Numbered from the stretch's first letter, positions 10,268-19,888 are shown. The stretch: DNA of 32,494 nucleotides from a virus (IMGVR_UViG_3300030372_005227:1-32494), one strand, 5' to 3'. The notes: generated by a model not told the origin, from the letters alone. Translations and numbers: made by a program.

Positions 10268-10770
10268 TTTCCCTCATCACCTATCAAGCTTAATCTTTGA
10301 ATGTGTAAGACTAGCTCTGTGATTGCTTGCACTCGATGAGACTCTGGACGGATCGCTTGAATCATTTCGATGGAGGCTTCTTCCCCATCCACCTTCACCA
10401 AAGAGGCTCTTATCATTTCAATATAGACTCGATTGAGATAAGCTTGATAAGAAGCAAAAGCCTGTTTCTCGTCCTCTTCTAAATTGTGATGCCATCGTGC
10501 TTTCTCTTTATCATCGCTTGGAGATTCAATCCAAAGCATCCGTCCTAATTCACTTCGAGAATAAGAGCCCGCCTTGACCTCTGCTTCTTCTCGATCGGAT
10601 GGGGAAAGAGCCTTGATAGTAAATCTAGTTGCATCCTCCTTGACTTCTCCTTCAAGTTCGCCCGTTGAAAGATAAGAAGATCTTTGATCCTCTGTGATTT
10701 CAATGGATGGATCGAAGGTGAGGAAGACATCTATTTCAATGTCTGTACTTGTCAAGAAAGAGATAGCCAT
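10264..10770 (-). CDS. Tail assembly chaperone (lambda gpG-like)
   Basis: Lies between the tail tube and tape measure genes and ends in a slippery site. Confidence 0.8.
   Translation of the reverse strand: MAISFLTSTDIEIDVFLTFDPSIEITEDQRSSYLSTGELEGEVKEDATRFTIKALSPSDREEAEVKAGSYSRSELGRMLWIESPSDDKEKARWHHNLEEDEKQAFASYQAYLNRVYIEMIRASLVKVDGEEASIEMIQAIRPESHRVQAITELVLHIQRLSLIGDEGK
10267..10273 (-). other. -1 ribosomal frameshift slippery heptamer G GGA AAA
   Basis: GAG GGA AAA TAG at the end of the chaperone gene. This is an XXXYYYZ site, comparable to lambda G-T GGGAAAG. Confidence 0.85.
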
Positions 10771-10773
10771 GAT

Positions 10774-12075
10774 TTAGACTCCTAGTCCAATTCTTAAGGG
10801 AGAGTTTGCAGCGTTGGCAAGTTGATCGTTAGCAATCACATCACCTCCAAAGCGTCCTTGTTTATATGTTAATGTTTGACGAACGATGTCGTTACCGCTT
10901 ACATCATATTGAGAAGGATCATTGATGAGATAAGCAGAGGGAAGCATGAAAGCACATCCCTTTCCATCCGCAATCGGACCCGTCCCCACTAGAACTTGAC
11001 GCATAGTTCGATTAAAATAATCATCGTTTAAAGTAGTCGATGGCGTTGAAATCGTCAATGTTAATTCTACATCAACATCCGAGATCTCCATGTCTGACAT
11101 TGCGAGGATTGAATTAGAATGCCCTAGAGGGGTGAGAGTGTTAGTCACTGTCAAGGTGAAGTCTTCACAATCAAGGGCCGTTCTTCCTAGCTTGTCGCCT
11201 GTTGATCCAGCATTCGTTAAACTTGTAGGAGATCCTGAAGATACTACAACATAAGATCCTCGAAAGAATGGAGGAGAGCCTGCATTGTAAGAAGGCTCAA
11301 CAGGAGAAACAGCACTTGAATGATCGTCTTGAATGCATGCAGACTGATAAGTAAGATCTGCCATGACTCGACCATTGTCGAGAGAGATCGAGATTGACTC
11401 CAAGACACATCCAAAACAATTAGTGAGGAAGTCAACTCCTTGAACTTGAAAAGCGACGGAGGCAACTTTGTTTCCTGTTTGGGCTCGACTTCCTGGATAC
11501 CACGTTTGGAGGGCTCTCATGACTGTCGTTGTTTGGAGATTGGATATAGCTGGAGAGATCGCAACCGCGGCCGCTTCATCATTATCCGTCACCGCTGTAT
11601 ACTCTGCACGCCCTGCGATATCACATCCTAACAAGCCGCCCACGGCAAAATCTGTACTCGTGGAAGGTGTAAATAAATTATTATTAGAGACGTTAGTTGC
11701 TGCCTCGCTTGCTACTGTGTGCTTGACAGTTTGGAAGCCCGCTCCGAGTAAATAGCCTAGATAGTTAGAATCATAGTTTGAAGCCGCTGTTCCAATTGTA
11801 GTCAAGTCAAGTCTTAAAGAAACTTGTCCAGTACGACGACGAACACGAGAACCACTAGAAAAAACTGTGTCGGGTTCGGGAGGAACTCCATATGATCCGT
11901 CACGAGCGTCGTTTCTCTCGCTTGCAATGGGCTCTCCATAGATAACAATTGGATCCCGTTCGCAGGGAATAGAGACAAAAGATAGTCCTGATGTGGAAGG
12001 TAGACCCGTTGTAGAGTCAAGAGATCCAAATGAAGACTCAGAAATAACAGAAAGAGATCGATGGGTAACACTCAT
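10774..12075 (-). CDS. Major tail tube protein
   Basis: N-terminal ESSFG motif, S/T/G-rich beta composition, positioned before the chaperones. Confidence 0.75.
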   Translation of the reverse strand: MSVTHRSLSVISESSFGSLDSTTGLPSTSGLSFVSIPCERDPIVIYGEPIASERNDARDGSYGVPPEPDTVFSSGSRVRRRTGQVSLRLDLTTIGTAASNYDSNYLGYLLGAGFQTVKHTVASEAATNVSNNNLFTPSTSTDFAVGGLLGCDIAGRAEYTAVTDNDEAAAVAISPAISNLQTTTVMRALQTWYPGSRAQTGNKVASVAFQVQGVDFLTNCFGCVLESISISLDNGRVMADLTYQSACIQDDHSSAVSPVEPSYNAGSPPFFRGSYVVVSSGSPTSLTNAGSTGDKLGRTALDCEDFTLTVTNTLTPLGHSNSILAMSDMEISDVDVELTLTISTPSTTLNDDYFNRTMRQVLVGTGPIADGKGCAFMLPSAYLINDPSQYDVSGNDIVRQTLTYKQGRFGGDVIANDQLANAANSPLRIGLGV

Positions 12076-12539
12076 TATTCCTCCAAGTAAAGCAAATCAA
12101 AAGGGACAAGAAGGACAAATCCAAAGAGTTCTCCGTTCAAGTCTGAAAGAGGTTCCGTTGATGGAACTCCAGGGATAACAGAAACTATCCCTGATGTAGA
12201 TAAATCATAGTTAGGTCCTTTCAAAGTATCAATCAATTTAGATGTATCCTCATTGATTATCCTCTTCAAGAATCCGAGATCGTTAGGAATGTCATAACGC
12301 ACACGCAACTCTAGAGAGGTCCTCTTTCTCCCACTCAATCCAGCGAGCCCGTCGTCCTCTGCATAAGTCAAAGTCTCTATTTCAAAATAGCGTGTTGAGT
12401 TGGATCTTTGATCTAATGGGAGCGTCCGTCCGTTCCCCGTTTGGATAGCGACAAAGCTTTGATGAGAGTCCGTTTTAGGAGTAATGGATTGAATCATGTC
12501 TTCTAGTTTCTCAAGACTTTTAAATATACCTTGACTCAT
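12075..12539 (-). CDS. Putative tail terminator / tail completion protein
   Basis: 154 aa, immediately upstream of the tail tube gene. Confidence 0.55.
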   Translation of the reverse strand: MSQGIFKSLEKLEDMIQSITPKTDSHQSFVAIQTGNGRTLPLDQRSNSTRYFEIETLTYAEDDGLAGLSGRKRTSLELRVRYDIPNDLGFLKRIINEDTSKLIDTLKGPNYDLSTSGIVSVIPGVPSTEPLSDLNGELFGFVLLVPFDLLYLEE

Positions 12540-13066
12540 TTCTTCTTGCCCTCCTTATCGATCTTATTTGCGATCTCTTCTCTCACACTCTGAAAAAGGA
12601 TTTCAACGTCTCGATCTGAGAGTCCAATGTATTCTCTAGTATCATTCACAAAGTATCCATAGTGTTTTACATGAGAAGTCAATCCAATTGTAAAGCGTGT
12701 TTGCTCTGCACTTAAGACGACTAAGTTATTCATCAAGGCCCCACTTAAAACTAGATCCACTTCTGCAGAGTCATCCCCCCCTCCTCTCTTTCGAGACTCC
12801 TCTTTATACTCTTGATATCCTCCAGAATAAAAGATGGAGTTTCCTGTTCTGCTTACCCGTCCCCCTTTAGGCTTCAATCTTGCCCCCGTTCCTTTTCCAA
12901 TTGGAATATATATAGGATTATCAGAATACTTATCGAAAGGAATATCATTCGCATCAAGACCTCTTGAGGTCCTAAGCTTAATAGATGCAAGTGTATTCAT
13001 AGCGAGTCTCATAGTGTCTTTTTTAGTCCATAGCTTTTTAGGGAACTTTAATTTTACTTTACCCAT
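12536..13066 (-). CDS. Neck / virion morphogenesis protein (Mu gpG / P2 gpS-like)
   Basis: Motifs VDLVLSGALMNNL and REYIGLSDRD, plus position in the neck module. Confidence 0.65.
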   Translation of the reverse strand: MGKVKLKFPKKLWTKKDTMRLAMNTLASIKLRTSRGLDANDIPFDKYSDNPIYIPIGKGTGARLKPKGGRVSRTGNSIFYSGGYQEYKEESRKRGGGDDSAEVDLVLSGALMNNLVVLSAEQTRFTIGLTSHVKHYGYFVNDTREYIGLSDRDVEILFQSVREEIANKIDKEGKKK

Positions 13067-13081
13067 GAGATCTCCTTTTTC

Positions 13082-13106
13082 TAAATAGGAAGTGATTTCC
13101 TATTTA
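13082..13106. other. Perfect 10-bp inverted repeat between two late genes
   Basis: taaataggaa-gtgat-ttcctattta. There is no U-tract on the coding strand. Confidence 0.6.
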
Positions 13107-14051
13107 ATGTCTCATCCCTCTAGTGGCAGTAAAGAAGGAGTCGTTTGAAGTTCTAGTGTAGTTTTTCCATGATGCCCGAAAGTCCGTTGTCTTTCCCCCG
13201 CTCTCTCTTAAATCAAGTTCTCCTGAATCAATCACTCCATCCCCATCCAAATCTAAAGCGAGGGATCTAAGAGCGACTTGCATCAACTCAGAGCAGCGAG
13301 TCCTCATTTGTTGAGCTACATCCATTTGGAGATTCTGTTCATAGATGAGAGCCGCCGTACAATAAGCATGACTAAGTTTAAATTGTTCAGGATTGAAGAC
13401 CTCGTCTTCAGTGGCATCCTCTGCTAAAACGACATCTCGAATCTGAAGAATAATCTCGTCTTGAGCTGCGTTAATTTGATTTGAGAAATCGGATTGACGA
13501 CGAGGGACCATGTCAGCAAGAGGGGCAAATATTTGAACAAGATCATCATGGGACAATCCAGTCGAGAAAGGTCTTGGAGTAGATTTAAATAATCCCTTCT
13601 CTTGTTTAGAATGCGTATTTGCTCCGATGTCCCCTGTATAGTTGATCACGTATGGATACGTGTTTGCAGTCGTCAATACCCCCTCAGTCGAGGCAATGGA
13701 AGTCGTCCACAAAGCGAACTCTAAGGAAGCAGAAGAACTTAGATCGATGTCTCTCGGCAGAGGCTCCGCTAAAATCGCAGAGGTTCCCACTACTCGATTT
13801 ATATTCACTGAGTAATAAGTATCTCCATTTGTAATCAAGAATCCTTTGATCTGATCTCTTTGAAGTCCTGTCACTTGATTGTCGATTGTTAAAGTTCTCC
13901 GATCGTTTCCAATCGCAGAGACGGAGGCCGCGGCTCTCGTTTGAGTAAAAGAATAGTCTGTTGAATTAAGAGTCAAGACAGGAGTCCCATTGATGGGGGT
14001 CGGAGCATTCCACTCAAAGAGATAGGTCTTGTTTAAAATTGCCTTTTTCAT
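13104..14051 (-). CDS. Putative head-tail connector with an extra N-terminal beta domain and an EF-hand-like loop
   Basis: Position after the head genes. The C-terminal half is helical like gp6/gp15 adaptors and contains DLDGDGVIDSGE. Confidence 0.55.
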   Translation of the reverse strand: MKKAILNKTYLFEWNAPTPINGTPVLTLNSTDYSFTQTRAAASVSAIGNDRRTLTIDNQVTGLQRDQIKGFLITNGDTYYSVNINRVVGTSAILAEPLPRDIDLSSSASLEFALWTTSIASTEGVLTTANTYPYVINYTGDIGANTHSKQEKGLFKSTPRPFSTGLSHDDLVQIFAPLADMVPRRQSDFSNQINAAQDEIILQIRDVVLAEDATEDEVFNPEQFKLSHAYCTAALIYEQNLQMDVAQQMRTRCSELMQVALRSLALDLDGDGVIDSGELDLRESGGKTTDFRASWKNYTRTSNDSFFTATRGMRH

Positions 14052-14965
14052 TTCTTGGCTCCTGTATTCGCTTTTGAGATATCGGATTGATTCGCTTTAT
14101 CAAGACCCGCCGCCTTCATAAAGGATTCTGTTACAGGGCTCCAAGAGTGTCGACAATTATATCCACCTCCTGAAGTTCGGACGCTCAATCCTTGCCCGTT
14201 GTTTAGTTTTCCGAGTTGTGTTTTGTCGACGACTTTGTTTATTAAAGGACGACAAAAGGCCCGTGTGATTCCATCCTTTGGACCTGTGTATAAATAATGA
14301 TCGAGTCCGACTGTATCAGCTGCGATCATGTTGACAGATCTCCCAAATTGAGAAATCTTAGTCCTCACCTCCGTTTGGAGTGTCCCTGCTCCTCTCTCTA
14401 AACTTAGAGCGAGATTTGAAAGAGCTAGGTTTGGAGGTGTATCAATTATCATTGAAAGAAGCGACTCCTTTACATTCTTTGCAACGCTTGGAATGACAAT
14501 GTCATCAAACACGTTTTGAACTGTCAAGGATCGAATCGAGTTGACCTCTGTTTCAATAAAGAGAGGAGTCCATGTAGGCTCAACTACTAAAAGAGATTCG
14601 TTAATTGCTTCTAACATTTTGTTTTGCTGTTCGATGAAATCTTCCACAGAATCAGCAATCCCCCCCGAAAGAATCAATTCAATGAGTTGATCTTTTGGAA
14701 GAGATAGGAGAGCCTCAGGAGAGGATTGATCAATGGAATCTTTGAGGGAATCCATAAGACGACGGGTCGCTTTTTTGTAAACTACTCCGAATTGATCCGC
14801 CGCTTTTTTCTCTGCTTTTAGCTCTTTGATTCTTGCTTTTGTAATCTTTGCAAGAATGGGAGGTTGCTCTTTTGCCTGACGTGTCAGATCTTCGATCGCT
14901 TTTTCATCTGCGTCGATTCGCTCCGCAAGGAGAACATGATCATGATCATCGAGACAAGAGAACAT
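14048..14965 (-). CDS. Minor head protein (Mu gpF / SPP1 gp7-like)
   Basis: C-terminal motifs YTGPKDGITRAFC and GGYNCRHSWSPV. Confidence 0.75.
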   Translation of the reverse strand: MFSCLDDHDHVLLAERIDADEKAIEDLTRQAKEQPPILAKITKARIKELKAEKKAADQFGVVYKKATRRLMDSLKDSIDQSSPEALLSLPKDQLIELILSGGIADSVEDFIEQQNKMLEAINESLLVVEPTWTPLFIETEVNSIRSLTVQNVFDDIVIPSVAKNVKESLLSMIIDTPPNLALSNLALSLERGAGTLQTEVRTKISQFGRSVNMIAADTVGLDHYLYTGPKDGITRAFCRPLINKVVDKTQLGKLNNGQGLSVRTSGGGYNCRHSWSPVTESFMKAAGLDKANQSDISKANTGAKK

Positions 14966-14974
14966 CTTTTGATC

Positions 14975-15988
14975 CTATGCTAAGCAATCAGTCAAAAGAT
15001 ATGCGAATGAATCATCAACCTTCGTGAATGATTGTACTTCTTCATTCCATACATATCGACGGGTTGAGTCTAAAGCATCATATTGACCCGCGGAAAGTCC
15101 AGAGAACTCGAAGTCAAGAGCAGCAACAGGCATTGCACGAACATTTCCGCTCTTGCCTACAGATGCATCGGATCCCTTGAGGATACCCATGAAGATTGTC
15201 TCTCCGTTCCAAATGTATCCTTCTGATGAAGTCGCTCCAGGATTCGCAGTCTCACGTCGAGCCGCTCCAACATATACATTCGGAATGCCTAGAACATCTT
15301 TAAGGACTTGGATTACAACTTCGTCATTTAAGATACGATTACCACTTGCAAAGCCTTGTCCGATTGTTCCTGCAAATCCTCTTACTTCAGGATTACGAGC
15401 AAGCTCTCGGAATACATCACGACCCAAGATTAAGCAGTCAGGATTGATTCCGTGTGAGTTTGCAAAAACAATATCTTTAACAACATGAAGATCGTGAAGA
15501 GGCTCTCCACCTGCTGCATTGAATTGATTTCCTGTGCCACCTGTTAAAGCTGCTGCGGTGCTGTTATTTGTGAAAGTCGCAGTATCAAAAAGAAGATCCG
15601 CGGCTCGTTTCTCTTTAGCAAGTTTCATAGTACGAGCTACTTTGCGAACGATCCGAGCTTCTTCACTTCCAGGATATTGAGAATCAAAGATATCTTCCAT
15701 TGCGATCGAGTCGCTAGCAGAATAGATCTTTGCTTTATAAGTCATGTTAGTTCGATCAAAAGATCCAATCATCGCACGACTTGAACCTGGAGCCCGCTCT
15801 AGGTCAAGGTCAGTCGCTCCCATGAAGTTCCGAGTGTTCTCAATCAAGAGAGTCCCGCTTCGTTCAGGGATGTTGATTTTTTCAAAAACTTGATCCGCAA
15901 TCAATTGACTATCTGAGGGGATCGCCTCGATAGCAAGATTAGTTAAGATCTGATCGACTGGATGGATATTGCTATATGATGAAGCCAT
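14975..15988 (-). CDS. Major capsid protein
   Basis: 337 aa following the protease and decoration genes. Contains DQILTNLAI, RAPG and KEKRAADL-type motifs. Confidence 0.85.
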   Translation of the reverse strand: MASSYSNIHPVDQILTNLAIEAIPSDSQLIADQVFEKINIPERSGTLLIENTRNFMGATDLDLERAPGSSRAMIGSFDRTNMTYKAKIYSASDSIAMEDIFDSQYPGSEEARIVRKVARTMKLAKEKRAADLLFDTATFTNNSTAAALTGGTGNQFNAAGGEPLHDLHVVKDIVFANSHGINPDCLILGRDVFRELARNPEVRGFAGTIGQGFASGNRILNDEVVIQVLKDVLGIPNVYVGAARRETANPGATSSEGYIWNGETIFMGILKGSDASVGKSGNVRAMPVAALDFEFSGLSAGQYDALDSTRRYVWNEEVQSFTKVDDSFAYLLTDCLA

Positions 15989-15998
15989 TGTTTACTCC

Positions 15999-16394
15999 TT
16001 AAGCTTTAACGATTGAAGGACCGAAAAATAAAACTTCGGCTTGATCATTATTGGCCGATCCGGTCGAATTAATATTAGGAAGTACGCGCGCAATGACAAA
16101 ATCATTACTACCCGCGGTGTTAAGTGTACCGTTGTTTGAAGCGGCCAACAATGCCGCGCCTGCAACGGAAAAATCGGCAATCGCCACAAGTTTAGCGCGT
16201 GAAACTCCATACACTAAAACGTCCGTTAATTCACCAGCTGCCGCTCCGCGTTGCGCGATTCCTAGAATTGTTGAAGATCCTGCGTCCGCTGCAGCACATT
16301 GAGCGATCTTTCCATTCCCATCGAACTTTACAACGTCGAACTCTGCAATTGTTGACGCTGCGACATATGATTTCACGATATTTTGAGTTTGCAT
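15999..16394 (-). CDS. Head decoration / capsid cement protein
   Basis: Small Ala/Gly-rich protein (ILGIAQRGAAAGELTDVLVYG) between scaffold and capsid. Confidence 0.7.
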   Translation of the reverse strand: MQTQNIVKSYVAASTIAEFDVVKFDGNGKIAQCAAADAGSSTILGIAQRGAAAGELTDVLVYGVSRAKLVAIADFSVAGAALLAASNNGTLNTAGSNDFVIARVLPNINSTGSANNDQAEVLFFGPSIVKA

Positions 16395-16397
16395 GAT

Positions 16398-18416
16398 TTA
16401 GACTCCGTATGCTTTCAAGAACTCTTGAGTATTAGTTTGTCGAAACTCAGAAAGGGCTTGAGCATAACTCATTCCTTTTTCTTCTGAGAGTGCTTTGATT
16501 TTAAGATTGATAGTCTCTTTCGTAATCTCTTGTCCACTTGCTCCATGTCCGACTTGATTCATAGGTACAACGGAATTACAAGGACGCTCAGAGAACATAG
16601 TCCAGAAGATACCGTCTCCTTTTTTCTTGAAGTCAAAAGCTTTAGATGCTGCCTCTTCTTCAGATGGAGAGATCTTGCCTTCTCGTAAAAGAGCTCCAAC
16701 GGCTTCCCGTCGCTCTGCGTCGAGTTTCTCAGATTGAAGAGTTTGCACTTGCTCTCGAAGAGATTGGATTTCTGAGAGGAGTTGAGTTGAAGGAAGAGCC
16801 TCATTCATTTTATAAGACTCTTTCTTTTTCTCGTCTTTATCCTCATCAGGTTCTTTCATCTCTTCCTTGTCTTCTTTTTCAGCAAGTTTTTCTTCTTCCT
16901 CTTTCATCTCTTCCTTGTCTTCTTTTTCTTCAAGTTGAGATTCAGAGTCTTTGTTGATTTTGGCTTCGTTCTCTTGAGACATTTCTTTGATTTTCGCTTC
17001 AAGGCTTCTGACCATAGAGTCTTTCTGCATAGCGAGATCAATCAAGTCTTCTTGAGACATTCCCTTTAAATCAGATTCGGTCACCATAAGTGCCTCCTTT
17101 AAAGTAATGCGATCGATTTTGTTAGATTGTTGAGCAGGTCGAGGAGTAAGAGTGATCGCTAAAAGTTGAGCATCTCCCACTTTCTCCCCTCCATCTCTAG
17201 TGAAGATTTCACCCTGCAAATATTCAGGAGAGGACCACAAGATCCCCCCTGCATCTTTGACGACTTGGAGTCCTCTTTCGTTATAAGCAGGGATTGCATA
17301 AAGTCCATCGTCTCTTAAGTCGAGATCGATGATGAGCCCTAGGGCATTGCCACTCTCAGGAGGTGCAGGGCTCTCTCCTTGGAATGGGCTTGTGGCGTGT
17401 TGCCAATCGATGATCACTGGATCCGCCTCACGTCTCTCTTTGTAGACTCTGACCATCTCTTGAAGAAGATCTTGATCAATCTCTTTTCCAATATTATCCC
17501 CATTCATTCGAGATGATACTTGACCAAGAGACAAAGTCTTGAAGGGCTTTCCAATTGTCAATCCTTCAGGGACTTCATAAACTGGATCCGCCTCTCCTAA
17601 AAGATTTGCTTCAGAATATGCTCTAAGTGATTTCGCTTTGTTGTCTGCTTTGTTCATTTGTCCTACTACTTTCTTTGACCATGAGAATCCTGCATCGCCT
17701 CCCCATCCGTTCCAAGCTTGCCACCCTTTTCCTTTTTCTTTCCAAGTCTTTCCCTGCTTATCAACTTCATGTCTTGAGAAGTAGGCGAGCATTCTTCTGA
17801 CAGTATCGGGAGAGAGTGTTTTTCCATTGATAAGATCACGAGCGCGGGCCAATCCAACATCAGTCATCCCCCTTTGAGATTCAGGCTTTTCTGCTCTAAC
17901 TTTTAAAGCACGTTGAGCGGCTTCCTGTACACCTTTAGGAGGAGTGAAGTCAATATGATCATACTTTTTAGGAACGCTTAAAACTTCCGTTTTCTTTTCT
18001 GCCTTGCTCTTTTGGGGATGCCCTTGAGGGAGCAGATCAAGATCAGTCGTGTATGCTTTCTTTCTCTCGCCCGTTCCCACCAGTTTAAGAAAAGCTTTGA
18101 CTCTTGCAAGAGCCCATTGTTCCCTCGATGCTCCAGGTCTATGGGAGGAGGAGAAGGCCCCCGCTCCTCTTTGATAAACAGCTTTAAGAGTTCCAAGATC
18201 AACTCTTTTAGACTTAGCAGAATACTTTTCATTATGTTCATCACGATAATTCTCTAGAGCTTTTAAAGATTTTTGAGGAATCTTAAGCCCTCCCCTTGAT
18301 CCGCTTGCCGCCCCTTTAGGATTCTTCTTAGATCCTTTAACTCTGTCTTTAGGAGGTGCAGGGGTTTGAGCTTCCGTCCGATCTTTTTTTACTTTGAGTC
18401 TAATCTTCTTGACCAT
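16398..18416 (-). CDS. Prohead protease/scaffold (Mu gpI-like) with two extra N-terminal domains
   Basis: Protease motifs IIDWQH, WSSPEY and LLAITLTPRPA, followed by an acidic coiled-coil scaffold. Residues 1-260 are additional basic domains. Confidence 0.8.
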   Translation of the reverse strand: MVKKIRLKVKKDRTEAQTPAPPKDRVKGSKKNPKGAASGSRGGLKIPQKSLKALENYRDEHNEKYSAKSKRVDLGTLKAVYQRGAGAFSSSHRPGASREQWALARVKAFLKLVGTGERKKAYTTDLDLLPQGHPQKSKAEKKTEVLSVPKKYDHIDFTPPKGVQEAAQRALKVRAEKPESQRGMTDVGLARARDLINGKTLSPDTVRRMLAYFSRHEVDKQGKTWKEKGKGWQAWNGWGGDAGFSWSKKVVGQMNKADNKAKSLRAYSEANLLGEADPVYEVPEGLTIGKPFKTLSLGQVSSRMNGDNIGKEIDQDLLQEMVRVYKERREADPVIIDWQHATSPFQGESPAPPESGNALGLIIDLDLRDDGLYAIPAYNERGLQVVKDAGGILWSSPEYLQGEIFTRDGGEKVGDAQLLAITLTPRPAQQSNKIDRITLKEALMVTESDLKGMSQEDLIDLAMQKDSMVRSLEAKIKEMSQENEAKINKDSESQLEEKEDKEEMKEEEEKLAEKEDKEEMKEPDEDKDEKKKESYKMNEALPSTQLLSEIQSLREQVQTLQSEKLDAERREAVGALLREGKISPSEEEAASKAFDFKKKGDGIFWTMFSERPCNSVVPMNQVGHGASGQEITKETINLKIKALSEEKGMSYAQALSEFRQTNTQEFLKAYGV
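16852..16928. repeat. 29-bp direct repeat (48-bp period) in the scaffold, encoding EKEDKEEMKE twice
   Basis: tctttcatctcttccttgtcttctttttc at 16852 and 16900. Confidence 0.85.
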
Positions 18417-19821
18417 GAGTTCTCCCTTTTCGTCTAAGTAGATTCTCAGTCAATGAAGCAACGCCCCCGCCTTTAATCATAGATCTTTCCAAAGGTGTAC
18501 GTTCTGCGATCTCAGGAAGATCACCCGCCCCAAGTCTTTCTCGAATTGCTCTTTCAAGATCATCATCTGGAGTAAGTAGACCCGATTGAACAAGACCTGG
18601 AAGCATTCCAAGAGACTCTGCTAAGTCATCAGTATCAAGACCTGTGTGAGTTAATCGAGGAAGTTTACTTGGATCAATCGCTCCAAAGTTCCAACGGATC
18701 AAGCGGCCTATTGTTCCCCCTCCCCTTCGATCTACTCCAGACACTTGAGCTGCGACTATATCGCAAAGATTGATCGCTGCTCTTCTAAAGACTGAGAGGT
18801 GAACTTCCCCCACAGATCGAGATCCTGTATCACTAATCCCAAGATTTGCAAATTGAGCAAGGAAGGCTTGAGAAATCTGATTATCACACTCTTTGATTAT
18901 GTCGAGAGGGCCTTGAGAATATAAGTATGGAGTTGTTGAATAGGAATCAAATTGAATAACAGGAGATTCAACTAAATAGGAAAGTTCAGTGGCGAGGAAG
19001 GCTTCTGCTTGATCCGCCGCCTCTTCAATCATTACGCTCAAATCTGCGTCAGTCAATCCTTGCATTTCTGCCTGAGATCGATCGACTTTTACTTTTGGGG
19101 TAGGCAAGGCCCATCTCTCCAAACCTACACACATTAAGTTACTAACTCGCTGCTTAGTTCTCCACCACCACCACACAGGACGGAGCATTCCGATCCCCTC
19201 GAAATTTGATCCTGTTCTATTCAAAGTAAGGAGTAGGAGTTTGTTTGCAGGGATGGGTTCAGGGGTGTAAGTAGTTCCAACTACATTCTGAAGGACTCCA
19301 TCCAAATGTTGTCCATCTCTTGAGAGCCATCGATTATGAGCAGAAGGTTCTCGATCTGCATAGTAATCAAGCCACACTCGAACCTTGCCTCTTGAATCAG
19401 GTCCTACTCTATAGATCTCCTCTGCATATCGATAGCCTACGGGAACAAACTCCCATAAGTAAGTTAATTGTTCTTCCCAAGAAGTCGAGAGCTGTCCTGC
19501 ATATCCATCAAATCCAAAAGCCTCGTTACTAAATCTTGCGAGTTCTTCAGCAATCTCATCCCCTTCAACTCCAGGAACAAAACGCCATGTCGCAGAGAGA
19601 AGAGTCTGCCTCAACATGTGCCACGATCGACGGACGACGGGATCCGTTGCTAGCATGTCCTCAGCTTCTTGAACCCAATTGAGGCCCGTTAACTTTGGAT
19701 TACGCTCTTTACCTGTGATCTTCCCCCCTGAGATTTGAGTACCACTTATCCCGCGGGTCTTAAATCTTGGATACATCGCTTTGAGATGATCGGGGGTTCT
19801 CTCGTCTTGCTCATTGCTCAT
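18400..19821 (-). CDS. Portal protein (Mu gp29 / DUF935-like)
   Basis: Motifs GIGMLRPVWW, ERWALPTP, CDNQISQAFLAQ and GSRSVGEVH. Confidence 0.85.
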   Translation of the reverse strand: MSNEQDERTPDHLKAMYPRFKTRGISGTQISGGKITGKERNPKLTGLNWVQEAEDMLATDPVVRRSWHMLRQTLLSATWRFVPGVEGDEIAEELARFSNEAFGFDGYAGQLSTSWEEQLTYLWEFVPVGYRYAEEIYRVGPDSRGKVRVWLDYYADREPSAHNRWLSRDGQHLDGVLQNVVGTTYTPEPIPANKLLLLTLNRTGSNFEGIGMLRPVWWWWRTKQRVSNLMCVGLERWALPTPKVKVDRSQAEMQGLTDADLSVMIEEAADQAEAFLATELSYLVESPVIQFDSYSTTPYLYSQGPLDIIKECDNQISQAFLAQFANLGISDTGSRSVGEVHLSVFRRAAINLCDIVAAQVSGVDRRGGGTIGRLIRWNFGAIDPSKLPRLTHTGLDTDDLAESLGMLPGLVQSGLLTPDDDLERAIRERLGAGDLPEIAERTPLERSMIKGGGVASLTENLLRRKGRTHGQED

Positions 19822-19854
19822 GTTTGATCCTCTTCCAAAAGAACAAAGGATTTC

Positions 19855-19888
19855 ATTCTATTATTTCAAACTATTCTATTATTTCAAA
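19855..19888. repeat. Tandem 16-bp direct repeat upstream of the portal gene
   Basis: attctattatttcaaa at 19855 and 19873, with a degenerate third copy near 19897-19910. Confidence 0.85.
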
